From NCBI GenBank assembly GCA_965140415.1, contig OZ223209.1:1504001-1568000 (forward strand): DNA of 64,000 nucleotides, given 5' to 3'. The stretch is from Myxococcota bacterium. Its GTDB lineage: Bacteria; Myxococcota_A; SURF-8. The notes under the pieces are model-generated. The model was not told the DNA's origin. It ran no database searches and saw only the letters and a list, made by a program, of their open reading frames with translations. The translations under genes were made by a program, and so were the position numbers. Below are positions 37,497 to 47,270 of the stretch, one piece after another (position 1 is the stretch's first letter; each line of letters opens with the position of its first letter).

Positions 37497-37935
37497 GGCA
37501 TTCTAATTGGCTCCTTTGGTTGCGTAAAGAATGTAGGAAGTCAAAATTCTAAAGCCGCTTATTCCTGCCGAGAAAAGTTATTAACAGAAAATATCGGAAT
37601 CATACTGGGAATTGATCCTGTGGTCGATTTCATGATGTCTCCTGTTACCTATGACGTAATAGCATTTCGTCTCTTTCATTCTTGACTAAAAACGACCTGT
37701 TAGAGATCGTGATCTTCTTTCCGGGCCTGAACTTGTGTCTTTGATCAACGGGAGGATTACCTCTATTTATAACTTTTAGTAACAATTCCTCTTTTATACC
37801 TTAAGTCGATTATCTTCCGAAGGCAGGAATAATTATCTGGGAATTCTTGTCCACGCTGGAATGAAATTTAGCGGCAGTTGTTTTAACAAGGGTGATAAAT
37901 ACGTTTATTCGGAGTAATGACTGGTATAAGAAGTT

Positions 37936-37990
37936 AAAATGAATGAGGCTTCATTTTTCTCTTGACAAGCGAATTAGGGGTTCCTATACT
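37936..37990 (+). promoter_or_regulatory. acs promoter TTGACA-N17-TATACT with upstream palindrome AAAATGAA-N6-TTCATTTT
   Basis: -35 at 37962-37967, -10 at 37985-37990, palindrome at 37936-37957. Confidence 0.75.
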
Positions 37991-38142
37991 CGCGCCAAAT
38001 TAGAGAATGTTTTGTCGCAATGCGTCAGATGAATTTGAATTGCCTTGTTTTTCCATGTGGTTATGAGCATACCAGAGCATCACAACCAGGGAAATGTTTC
38101 GTTGTAACGAACTCTTTAACTGTGTCAAAGTAGGAGGTCAAA

Positions 38143-40107
38143 ATGAGCGATTTTCTGTACCACGCACCTGATAAGTATCGCGAAAACGCATGGGTGAAGA
38201 CGATGGACGAGTACAAAGCGATGTACAAGCGCTCCATCGATGATCCGGAAGGTTTCTGGAGTGAGATCGCAGAAAACTTCTTCTGGTACAAGAAATGGGA
38301 CAAAGTCCGTGATTTCAATTATGATATCCGCAAAGGTCCCGTCAAAATCGAATGGTTCAAAAACGCAAAAACCAACATCACCGTCAACTGCCTGGACCGT
38401 CACCTGGAAGGCGAAAACAAAGACAAAATCGCCATCATCTGGGAAGGCAACGAACCTGGCGAGCAGAAGACCTTCACCTATGCCGAATTGCATAAAGAAG
38501 TCAATAAGTTTGCCAACGTGTTGAAGTCCAAAGGCATCAAAAAGGGCGACCGCGTATCCATCTATATGCCGATGGTTCCCGAACTGGCGATCGCCATGAT
38601 GGCTACCGCCCGTATCGGCGCGATCCACAGCATCGTGTTCGGTGGTTTCAGTGCTGAAGCGCTGGCGGATCGTATCGTCGATTCCGAGTGCAAAATCGTC
38701 ATCACCACCGACGGTGTGTACCGCGGTAAAAAAGCCGTTCCATTGAAGGGCAACGCCGACAAGGCCATGAGCATCTGCCTCGACAACCACAACCACACCG
38801 TGGACACCTGTGTTGTCGTCAAGCGCACCGGCCTGGACATTCCGATGCAAGACGGTCGTGATTACTACTGGGAAGACCTGATGACCGACGCGGCTGATTT
38901 CTGCGAACCCGAGCAGATGGATGCCGAAGATCCGCTGTTCATCCTGTACACCTCCGGTTCCACTGGCAAGCCCAAAGGCGTGCAGCACAATGTCGGCGGT
39001 TACATGGTTTACACCGGCACGACCTTCAAAAACATCTTCGATTATCATGACAATGACATCTGGTGGTGCACTGCTGATATCGGCTGGGTCACCGGTCACA
39101 GCTACATCGTGTACGGACCGCTCTCTCAGGGCGCGACCAGCATCATGTTCGAAGGCGTTCCGACCTATCCCGACGCGGGCCGCTTCTGGGACGTGGTGGA
39201 CAAATGGAAAGTTACCCAGTTCTACACCGCTCCGACCGCGATCCGCGCTCTGATGGCGCAGGGTGATGAGTGGGTTGACAAATATGACCTGAGCAGCCTG
39301 CGTGTTCTGGGTTCGGTTGGTGAACCTATCAACCCCGAAGCCTGGAAATGGTACTTCAAGCACGTCGGTCACGAGAATTGCCCGATCGTGGACACCTGGT
39401 GGCAGACGGAAACCGGCGGCATCTTGATCACGCCGCTGCCTTACGCCATCGACCAGAAGCCGGGTTCGGCGACTCTGCCTTTCTTCGGCGTAGATCCTTG
39501 CGTCCTGGACGATCAGGGCAACGAGTTGGAAGGTGCCACCGAAGGTATCCTGGCTCTGCGTCAGACCTGGCCGGGCCAGATGCGCACCGTGTACGGTGAC
39601 CACAAGCGTTTCGAAGAGACCTACTTCCAGATGTTCCCGGGTTACTACTTCGCCGGTGACGGCTGCCGTCGCGACGAAGATGGTTACTACTGGATCACCG
39701 GTCGTGTTGATGACGTCATCAACGTTTCCGGTCACCGCATGGGTACCGCCGAAGTCGAGTCCGCACTGGTTTCCCACGCTGCCGTCGCCGAAGCCGCCGT
39801 TGTCGGTTTCCCGCACGATATCAAGGGCCAGGGCATCTATGCTTACGTTACCCTGATCGTGGGTCAGGATCCGACCCCCGAACTGATGAAAGAACTGGTC
39901 GTTCACGTGCGCGGCGAAATCGGACCGATCGCTACGCCGGACAAGATTCACTTTACTCCGGGCCTGCCCAAGACCCGTTCCGGTAAGATCATGCGCCGCA
40001 TCCTGCGCAAAATCGCCGCGGACGAATTCGACAGCCTGGGCGACACCTCGACGCTGGCCGATCCGACTGTCGTCACCAGCCTGATCGAAAAGCACAAAAC
40101 GCTGTAA
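38143..40107 (+). CDS. acs: Acetyl-CoA synthetase (AMP-forming)
   Basis: [47 protein letters not shown]. Confidence 0.97.
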   Translation: MSDFLYHAPDKYRENAWVKTMDEYKAMYKRSIDDPEGFWSEIAENFFWYKKWDKVRDFNYDIRKGPVKIEWFKNAKTNITVNCLDRHLEGENKDKIAIIWEGNEPGEQKTFTYAELHKEVNKFANVLKSKGIKKGDRVSIYMPMVPELAIAMMATARIGAIHSIVFGGFSAEALADRIVDSECKIVITTDGVYRGKKAVPLKGNADKAMSICLDNHNHTVDTCVVVKRTGLDIPMQDGRDYYWEDLMTDAADFCEPEQMDAEDPLFILYTSGSTGKPKGVQHNVGGYMVYTGTTFKNIFDYHDNDIWWCTADIGWVTGHSYIVYGPLSQGATSIMFEGVPTYPDAGRFWDVVDKWKVTQFYTAPTAIRALMAQGDEWVDKYDLSSLRVLGSVGEPINPEAWKWYFKHVGHENCPIVDTWWQTETGGILITPLPYAIDQKPGSATLPFFGVDPCVLDDQGNELEGATEGILALRQTWPGQMRTVYGDHKRFEETYFQMFPGYYFAGDGCRRDEDGYYWITGRVDDVINVSGHRMGTAEVESALVSHAAVAEAAVVGFPHDIKGQGIYAYVTLIVGQDPTPELMKELVVHVRGEIGPIATPDKIHFTPGLPKTRSGKIMRRILRKIAADEFDSLGDTSTLADPTVVTSLIEKHKTL

Positions 40108-40129
40108 TGTTTTTGTAGCCTGGTGCTTC

Positions 40130-40159
40130 AACGGCCCGCCGACCGGCGGGCCGTTTTTT
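40130..40159 (+). terminator. Rho-independent terminator
   Basis: AACGGCCCGCC/GGCGGGCCGTT stem + T tract. Confidence 0.9.
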
Positions 40160-40331
40160 GTGCGCCAGTCCTTGTGCGAGATGATATCCGAAAAGAAAAA
40201 ACTGCAAACCCGGTTTCACTGAAGCGATTGCAAACAAGCTTGAAATTTTTACTTTCCAGTAACTAGCCGATATGGGAATCTGCTTGCGTGGATACAGGTC
40301 GAAATGGTAGAAGAGGGGGCGGGAGGAAAGC

Positions 40332-41021
40332 ATGGCAAAGAAGATACGGCGACCGATCCGAAAAACCCTTCTGGAAGAATTCCTGAACGTTCCCAACATT
40401 CTGACTCTAATCAGGATTATCGCAATTCCGTTTGTGTGTGTCTTGATGCTCGAAGACAGTCGCGTCTCCGCATTTATGGCGACGGGATTGTACGGCCTTG
40501 CGGCCATTACGGATATGCTCGATGGCTACCTGGCACGGCGCAATAACGCCGTCACACTGATCGGCAAGTTCCTGGACCCGTTGGCGGACAAACTGATCGT
40601 TCTCACCATTTTACTGACGCTGCTGGCTATGGGGCGGATGCCCTTGTGGATTGTCGGTCTTATCCTTGCCAGGGAAATCACGGTAACCGGTTTGCGGGCG
40701 ATTGCTTCTGCTGAGGGCATGGTCATTGCCGCCCGCCCGCTGGGCAAATATAAAACCGCCTTTCAAATGGTAGCCCTTTTAGCGCTGCTATTACATTACA
40801 GTTACATCATCAATTTCGCCGTGTACGTCGGTGAATTCGATTTTCACAGAGTCGGAATGTTCTTCCTGTATGTATCCCTGTTTTTTTCCATTGTCAGTGC
40901 CATCGACTATTTCATGGGTTTCATTCGTGAAATGAAGCGAATGCGGGCCGTGCACGATGAACTGGAAGTGGAGGAGGAAGACGAGGACGAGGAAGAAGAA
41001 GCAAGCGCAACTACAACATAG
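40332..41021 (+). CDS. pgsA: CDP-diacylglycerol--glycerol-3-phosphate 3-phosphatidyltransferase
   Basis: NVPNILTLIRI, DMLDGYLAR..GKFLDPLADKL, GKYKTAFQM; acidic tail. Confidence 0.93.
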   Translation: MAKKIRRPIRKTLLEEFLNVPNILTLIRIIAIPFVCVLMLEDSRVSAFMATGLYGLAAITDMLDGYLARRNNAVTLIGKFLDPLADKLIVLTILLTLLAMGRMPLWIVGLILAREITVTGLRAIASAEGMVIAARPLGKYKTAFQMVALLALLLHYSYIINFAVYVGEFDFHRVGMFFLYVSLFFSIVSAIDYFMGFIREMKRMRAVHDELEVEEEDEDEEEEASATTT

Positions 41022-41045
41022 TATTTACAGCACTGGGAGGTTGAC

Positions 41046-42050
41046 GTGAGCGAAGACAAACCTGGAATCAAGCTCTGTTACCCCTGTAGTCACCATCGAG
41101 AAAAAAACACGGCACAACCCATGCTTTCCGGCACCGGTGCCTGCGGCATCGACTGCAACGTCTGCCGCCTGCATGTCATGGGCGTTTGCAGTCATTGCGG
41201 ATCGGGAGTCAGCCAATCGGGGCGCGCAAAACTGGAAGCTCAACATCGCCTGTTTGGAATGGGGTGCCCGATTCTGGAGTGTGCAAGTCAGCGGAAAATT
41301 GCCTATTGTCTGCGGGATTGCTCGGAATTTCCCTGCGATCGTTTTTCATCCGATCGGGGGAATTATCCCTACAGCAAGGGATTCCTGGAAATGCAAACCC
41401 GACGCCGCGAGCAAGCGGAGTCCAGGCCGGTGGCCAGTTGGCCCGATACCGCCGAGCAGTTCTGGAACATGCTCGATGAAAAAGTTCCTGCCGAAGTCGT
41501 TGCTTCCAGTTGCGCCACCCTTACCAGTCAAGGTGACTACGAGTTACTGTGTCTCGGCGAACGCTGGCTGATCGAACCGAAAAAGCGGCAAGTTACCAAG
41601 ATTCAAGGTTCTTTCGGTGGGGAATGGGACCGTCAGGTACCGTTTTTACTGCTGGTTTACCTCGTTCACGCCCAGGATGGCAATCTTAGCGGCGAGATGA
41701 CGACCATTCGCGATCTGTTTGTTGGCGTAAATGTCTTCCAGAGTCATCTGGCTGTGGAAACGACGGACTTCGAAAGCACATTCGGAACGGATGGCGAAGC
41801 ATTTAAAAATGCGGCAACAAGTCTGGGTGGGCAGGCAACCTCAAATGCGGATGTTTCCTACCGTTTTCAACTACTTCCAAAATTCCCGGTTGAATTCTTA
41901 TTATGGTTGGCGGATGAGGAATTCGAAGCAAGAGTTTCCGTGCTGCTGGATCGCAGTATTCCCCACCATATGCCGGTTGATGGTGTTGCAACTCTGCTGA
42001 ATCTGTTGATTCAGCGTCTGTTATTGGAAAGCCGTCCTCCCACGGATTAA
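41046..42050 (+). CDS. DUF3795 (Cys-rich) + DUF3786 fusion protein
   Basis: N-terminal GACGIDCNVC..CSHC..CPILEC..C..C.EFPC; C-terminal LPKFP....LW.ADEEF.A...VLLD. Confidence 0.7.
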   Translation: MSEDKPGIKLCYPCSHHREKNTAQPMLSGTGACGIDCNVCRLHVMGVCSHCGSGVSQSGRAKLEAQHRLFGMGCPILECASQRKIAYCLRDCSEFPCDRFSSDRGNYPYSKGFLEMQTRRREQAESRPVASWPDTAEQFWNMLDEKVPAEVVASSCATLTSQGDYELLCLGERWLIEPKKRQVTKIQGSFGGEWDRQVPFLLLVYLVHAQDGNLSGEMTTIRDLFVGVNVFQSHLAVETTDFESTFGTDGEAFKNAATSLGGQATSNADVSYRFQLLPKFPVEFLLWLADEEFEARVSVLLDRSIPHHMPVDGVATLLNLLIQRLLLESRPPTD

Positions 42051-42199
42051 AGATCCACTGGTTTTCTGAACATTCACTTAAAAGATATGGCTACAAAAGG
42101 CTTTCGCTTGACTTTCCGATGAGTTAGGTCTACTAAGGGAAGGCTTGGACATCATACTGATGGCCCGGCGGGCTTGGGAGTAGAAAACAGGAGTAAGGC

Positions 42200-45184
42200 G
42201 TGAAGCCCCAATGGCACCATTTTGTCGTTTTGTTGTTGTTGTACACACTAGGGTCTTTCGGGTTCTCGTTGGGGGAAACGATTGATCTGGGATTGCGTGG
42301 CGCACTCAGTGGTTTTACGAGCGCTACCTTGTTCTCTTTTTTCTGCGCCCAACTGGCCTCCAATATGACATTGGCGATTCCCGTTGCGCTGGCAGGATGG
42401 TTGATTGCCTGGCTGTTATTGCGCGTATTCGGCGGGAAGCGGGTAATATCCGGACTGATCAGTGCCTTTTTCACGATGGACCCGCAAATCGGTCCGCGCA
42501 TCGGAGCCAGATTACTGGTGGGTAGCCTGATGTCCCTACTCTTTGCCGGGGCGGTTGCCGGCATATTCTACTTTATCCTCATTACCTACCACGGCAAGGG
42601 CCTGATGGCCTCCTTCGGAGCGGCTTGGGCGCTGCTGGTCGGTCTTTTTGCGGTGATGCTCTACCAGCTTGGCTGGCGACTGTTGGCCTACATTGGAACG
42701 GCGCTAGCGAAGCGTAAGAAGTGGTTGGCTTTTATTGTTTCTGCACGTTTTTTAGTGCCGTTTCTGTTCCTGTTGGCGCTTGCCGGAGTGATTGGGGCGC
42801 TGATCTGGCAGTATGACGCCGTTAAAGTTTACGATCTGCGTATGTACATCTACATCGCATCCTTTGTGGCGGTTGGCATTGTCGGCATTGTTTTAAGCGA
42901 ACTTCATAGCGTACGGCATTTCCTCGTTCCACGTGCCTATTCCAACGTTGCATTTCTCGTAATGTTGACCGTACTGATTTTACTGCACTTCTTGACTCAG
43001 AGCGTATTGGCCCACGACATGACCGTGCGTTACGTCTTTTTCGGTCAAACAGCCTACACGCGCGAGGTGATTGCAAGTATTCAGAGTTTGGTCGATTTCG
43101 ATGGCGACGGCTATTCGATTCTCTACGGTGGTGGCGATTGCGACGATTTCAATTACGCCATCAATCCGATGGGGATCGAGATTCCCGATAACGGTATTGA
43201 TGAAAACTGCACGGCAGGTGATTACAAGTCCAGCCGGGAAAAGGTTGACACCCATCTGTTGTATCCTCGTGCCAATAATCAGCCTCCGGTGCGTAACCTA
43301 CTGGTGATTGTCATCGACGCGGTGCGCGGCGACCGGGTGTCATTTAATGGCTACAAGAAAGAAACCACCCCGAAATTGAAAAAATGGGCGGAAACACGCT
43401 GCACAAACTTCACCCACGCCTATTCACAATCGACCCGCACGGCATTCTCCACGCCGTCGCTGCTCTTCGACCGGTTGCCTTCCCATTTGGTATGGGAAGC
43501 GAATGAAGGATTATATCCGATCGTAAGCCAGGATAATATTTCGGTGGGTGAGGTCTTAAAGCAGCGCGGTTTCGACACCTTGGCGTTGACCTTGCCTGAA
43601 TACCTGGCCAAAAACATGATCGGCATGATTCAGGGGTTTGAAGATCGCAACTATTATAAGTGGGCGCCCGCCGAATTTCGAAAGGATCAGGAAACGCCTT
43701 CTTCGGGTTACTACACCGATGAGTTGATTCGGTTAATGAAAAAGCGAAACCCCGAAACCGGTAAACCGATCTTGATCTACGCTCATTACTTCGATCCGCA
43801 TGCCCAATACCGGGTTTCCAATGGATTCAGGAAATTCGGCTCCGACGCTCATGGGCGCTACCTCAGCGAAATCGCTTTCTCCGATCATCATATCGGGCGG
43901 CTATTGGATTGGATGGACGAAAACGGCTGGTTGAAGAATACTGCTGTCGCCATCACCGCCGATCACGGGGAAGCCTTTGGCGATCACCACACTTGGTTCC
44001 ATAGCAAGACTCTGTATAACGAGTTGACACATGTACCGCTATTGATCTGTGCGCCCGATACGGAGCCGCAAAAGGTGGATCAGCCGGTCGCTTTGCTGGA
44101 TATCTTTCCAACGATGCTAAACCTGGCCGGTCTGCAATCCCCCGCACATTTCGAGGGGCGCTCGCTGGTACCGTTGATTGACGGACAGCCTTTGCCGGAA
44201 GAGCCGGTTTTCTCTGAAGTTCTACCGGACAAACAAGGGCCGCAACGCATCACCGCCGCGACGACACGAGACTGGAAGTTGATTTTCGATCATTATCGCA
44301 ACTTCTATCAACTCTATGACTTGAATCGGGATTGGGAAGAACTGAACAATGTTTTCAGCGCGCGACCCGATGTCGTGTCAACCATGTTGCCGCTGGTGGA
44401 ATCGTTGATCGATCAGGAGTCCGTTACACGCGGTGAACGCAGGCAGTTGTACGTCATAGATGAACCGCCGAAGAATATGAAGCGGTTGAACGTGTCGTTC
44501 GAAGACAATGTCGATTTGATGGGATATACGGTATCCGACAAAACACCCAAGCCGGGAGAAACGATCAAGCTTACGTTGTATTGGCAGGCGCGGGGATTGA
44601 TTTCGATCAGCTATAAAATCAAAACGCATATTGTTGGAAAGAAAAGCGGTAAAACCTATCGTATCAATGCCAGCCATTCACCGGCGAAAAACGACTACCC
44701 TACGAAAATCTGGTTGAAAGGGGAAATCGTTGTTGATGAAATGGACATTACCATCCCCAGTGACTGGCCGAATGTGACTCCGACCGTATGGGTCGGGGTT
44801 TACCGAAAGCACCTGCTCGATTTTACGTTGAACGATGTCAAGCTTCGGCGTAGCAAAAACAAATCCGTGGCAGCGTTCAAGTTGAAGGTGCGCAAATACA
44901 AGTACAAGTCTGCATCCAAGGACGACGAAGAAGATCCTGACGATGACGAATCGGTGGATGAAGACGGGAACCCCATTGAGGAAGACGAAGAGAAAGATTC
45001 CGCTTCGAAAGCCAGCTCCAAGAAAGAAACGTCATCCACTTTGAAACCGAGTAAACTGAAAATGCCGGATATGAAACTGCGCAACAATCGGTTCCCCGGC
45101 AAGGCGTACAACTCTTCGAAGAGCAAAGACAAGAAAAGAAAAGCGGATTCCACCAAGCCGAAAACGAAAGATGAAAATCGGTAA
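42200..45184 (+). CDS. Polytopic membrane sulfatase-like/LtaS-like phosphotransferase with MopE-like Ca-binding motif
   Basis: About 8 TMs; DFDGDG..DCDD..INP..EIPDNGIDENC; IDAVRGD, HYFDPH, TADHGEAF, H..TLY; Thr in place of the CxPxR motif; C-terminal Wzt_C-like domain and charged tail. Confidence 0.8.
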   Translation: MKPQWHHFVVLLLLYTLGSFGFSLGETIDLGLRGALSGFTSATLFSFFCAQLASNMTLAIPVALAGWLIAWLLLRVFGGKRVISGLISAFFTMDPQIGPRIGARLLVGSLMSLLFAGAVAGIFYFILITYHGKGLMASFGAAWALLVGLFAVMLYQLGWRLLAYIGTALAKRKKWLAFIVSARFLVPFLFLLALAGVIGALIWQYDAVKVYDLRMYIYIASFVAVGIVGIVLSELHSVRHFLVPRAYSNVAFLVMLTVLILLHFLTQSVLAHDMTVRYVFFGQTAYTREVIASIQSLVDFDGDGYSILYGGGDCDDFNYAINPMGIEIPDNGIDENCTAGDYKSSREKVDTHLLYPRANNQPPVRNLLVIVIDAVRGDRVSFNGYKKETTPKLKKWAETRCTNFTHAYSQSTRTAFSTPSLLFDRLPSHLVWEANEGLYPIVSQDNISVGEVLKQRGFDTLALTLPEYLAKNMIGMIQGFEDRNYYKWAPAEFRKDQETPSSGYYTDELIRLMKKRNPETGKPILIYAHYFDPHAQYRVSNGFRKFGSDAHGRYLSEIAFSDHHIGRLLDWMDENGWLKNTAVAITADHGEAFGDHHTWFHSKTLYNELTHVPLLICAPDTEPQKVDQPVALLDIFPTMLNLAGLQSPAHFEGRSLVPLIDGQPLPEEPVFSEVLPDKQGPQRITAATTRDWKLIFDHYRNFYQLYDLNRDWEELNNVFSARPDVVSTMLPLVESLIDQESVTRGERRQLYVIDEPPKNMKRLNVSFEDNVDLMGYTVSDKTPKPGETIKLTLYWQARGLISISYKIKTHIVGKKSGKTYRINASHSPAKNDYPTKIWLKGEIVVDEMDITIPSDWPNVTPTVWVGVYRKHLLDFTLNDVKLRRSKNKSVAAFKLKVRKYKYKSASKDDEEDPDDDESVDEDGNPIEEDEEKDSASKASSKKETSSTLKPSKLKMPDMKLRNNRFPGKAYNSSKSKDKKRKADSTKPKTKDENR

Positions 45185-45199
45185 AGATAACGATTGAAT

Positions 45200-45730
45200 T
45201 CAGGGTGTGAAATTCTCGCAGGTGACGGAATCACCAGTTTGCAGTCCCCATTTTTTGGCTTGGCCTGCATTGATTTCCAATACATATTGCGATGGGGTTG
45301 GAACACGCAGCGACGTTGTGTCCAGCGGCTGGGCGTCTTTAACGATGCCTACAATCTGCAAGTCTTTGGAGATAAAGAGAATGTCCAGGGGAATGTAGGT
45401 GTCTTTCATCCAGAAACTCTGAATTCTCTCACTTGGAAAAACGAAGAACATCCCATGATCGTCGGGAAGTGAGGTCCGTTGCATCAAGCCGATTGCGCGC
45501 TCCTGTTCACTGCGTGCCAACTCCACCTGGTAGACAATCCGCCGACCTTCCGACGTTTCAATCGCTACCTGGGCGTTTGTCGGGTCGGATTCGAATGCAT
45601 CCTGATCCGAGGCGTGTTTGATTTCCGGTGTCGAGTTGCAGGCAAAAAACAGACTCACCATAATCACCAGCATTCTGAAAGAGAATTGCAAGAAGTAATC
45701 CGTTCGATTTTTCGTAGCTTGACCGAACAT
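45200..45730 (-). CDS. DUF192 family protein (possible lipoprotein)
   Basis: VELAR...R..GLM.R..L....GM.FVF, FWMKDTYIPLDILFI, VLEINAG. Confidence 0.9.
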   Translation of the reverse strand: MFGQATKNRTDYFLQFSFRMLVIMVSLFFACNSTPEIKHASDQDAFESDPTNAQVAIETSEGRRIVYQVELARSEQERAIGLMQRTSLPDDHGMFFVFPSERIQSFWMKDTYIPLDILFISKDLQIVGIVKDAQPLDTTSLRVPTPSQYVLEINAGQAKKWGLQTGDSVTCENFTP

Positions 45731-45875
45731 GTTATTAAGTGAGCCCTTTTGCTGCCGTTACGTTGTTCGTTTCAACGACCCTTATACCGCAGCCTGGAGA
45801 ATTTGGCCAGCACTCATCCTATAAAGAAAAGTGAAAAGAACCAGGCCACATACGCTGTGTTGGCTTGATCGTTCT

Positions 45876-47189
45876 TTATGCCACTCGTTTTGTGTCGGGC
45901 TGTTTGAGATGAACGGCCGTTCGCCACCCTTTGAATGCGACAGTCAATGCATAGTAAACCGTGATCGTCCATAAACCGGCATATACCGCATCGAAAAGAA
46001 CGAAGGGCACTAAAAGCCACATGTTTGTATTTCGACGGCTTCCGATCAATCTGAAACGGCGTTCGAGCGGACCGAAGTCGTCCAATTGAACGTGGCGTTT
46101 CAGCTTGAAAATATAGCCGTTCAGCACCTCAATACCATGCAGAATGAACAAGATCGTAAATAAGGTGTAGGGAACGGTTCCAAAAGCACCGCTATTCACC
46201 AGCCAATATGCAATGGCTCCATACCAGCCGTATTCGTAAATACGGTCGGACAATTCCTCGAACTTGCCGATTTTCGTCATCATTACTTTAACTCTGGCCT
46301 GTTTGCCGTCCAGCCCGTCTACGATTCCCGCAACAAGGGCCAGAATAAGACCGAGCAGCATGTGTCCATAGGCGAAAGCGGCGATACCCGCAAAGGCAAT
46401 GGCGATGTTGATCAGCGTGATTTGATTGGGAGTGACGGGAAATTCGCACAAATAGAAGGTAATGGCTTTTTCTATCGGTCGATGTATATACCATGCTGGC
46501 CAGTCTAAAACGGATTTCTGTGCGCGATCCAATAGTTTTCTTTTGGCCACGGAATTATCGGCACTGGATTTGATTGGAAACCAAAGGCAACTGTTTTCGC
46601 GCCGCATGTCGTAGTCATACTGGCTTAGCTTGGAAACATCGACCAGTGCTTCCGGGTGTTCGCTTAAAATTGCGGACAGATACTGTCCAAGCCATTTATT
46701 TCCCAAACCAGGATTCATATCTTCATAGTAGCCAGCCGGAAGATAGGCCAATCCATAGAAATAGTAGGATTCTTCAGATTGTGTGACTTGCAGGGCTTCG
46801 TCACCGATTCCAGGTGCGACGGATGTCTTGCGAATCAGTGGAATTCCTGCCTTGGCATTCGAACTGACGCCCTGGGGTAACTGATAGTCGTAAATACTGG
46901 CTCCATCACAAAGAAAGAAACCCTCATCATTCTGCCCGATGAATGACTTCGGAAGATCCTCGTCCTGTGAAACCGAGTGTAGGGTGACTTTCAGGCCAAG
47001 CGAGTTGAGCCTGTGGGAAACCTTCTTGATCGGTTCGGAGTAACTATCCGTGATGACGAGAAGTTCATCGACATCGTTTTGCCGCAGTATTCTGGCCTGG
47101 CGTTCAAGAATGGAGATACCGCCGATATGTATAAGAGCTAGAAGGTTTCCGTCAGCATCATAGCGTGTGCATAGAATGATTCCCTTCAT
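45876..47189 (-). CDS. Degenerate nucleotidyltransferase-like domain + CDP-alcohol phosphatidyltransferase
   Basis: N-terminal GIIL..IGGISILERQ; C-terminal VTPNQIT and DGLDGKQAR..G..E...D; several TMs. Confidence 0.8.
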   Translation of the reverse strand: MKGIILCTRYDADGNLLALIHIGGISILERQARILRQNDVDELLVITDSYSEPIKKVSHRLNSLGLKVTLHSVSQDEDLPKSFIGQNDEGFFLCDGASIYDYQLPQGVSSNAKAGIPLIRKTSVAPGIGDEALQVTQSEESYYFYGLAYLPAGYYEDMNPGLGNKWLGQYLSAILSEHPEALVDVSKLSQYDYDMRRENSCLWFPIKSSADNSVAKRKLLDRAQKSVLDWPAWYIHRPIEKAITFYLCEFPVTPNQITLINIAIAFAGIAAFAYGHMLLGLILALVAGIVDGLDGKQARVKVMMTKIGKFEELSDRIYEYGWYGAIAYWLVNSGAFGTVPYTLFTILFILHGIEVLNGYIFKLKRHVQLDDFGPLERRFRLIGSRRNTNMWLLVPFVLFDAVYAGLWTITVYYALTVAFKGWRTAVHLKQPDTKRVA

Positions 47190-47270
47190 CTTTGTTCTCC
47201 TCTACCGAGTGGTTTACCACCGGGAATGTCGTGTGAGTTTTCTTTTTAGTGTGTTCGAAAATTCAGCTTT

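Noticed and set aside
37559-37832. 11-bp inverted repeat TTATTCCTGCC...GGCAGGAATAA as a MITE
   Set aside because: No target-site duplication or second copy seen; a match this short can arise by chance in a 650-bp spacer.
38125-40131. 668-aa antisense ORF over acs (likewise 6538-7674, 12748-13932, 19889-21277, 25015-25995, 59216-60322)
   Set aside because: Shadow ORFs produced by codon bias of the real gene on the opposite strand; no recognisable motifs.
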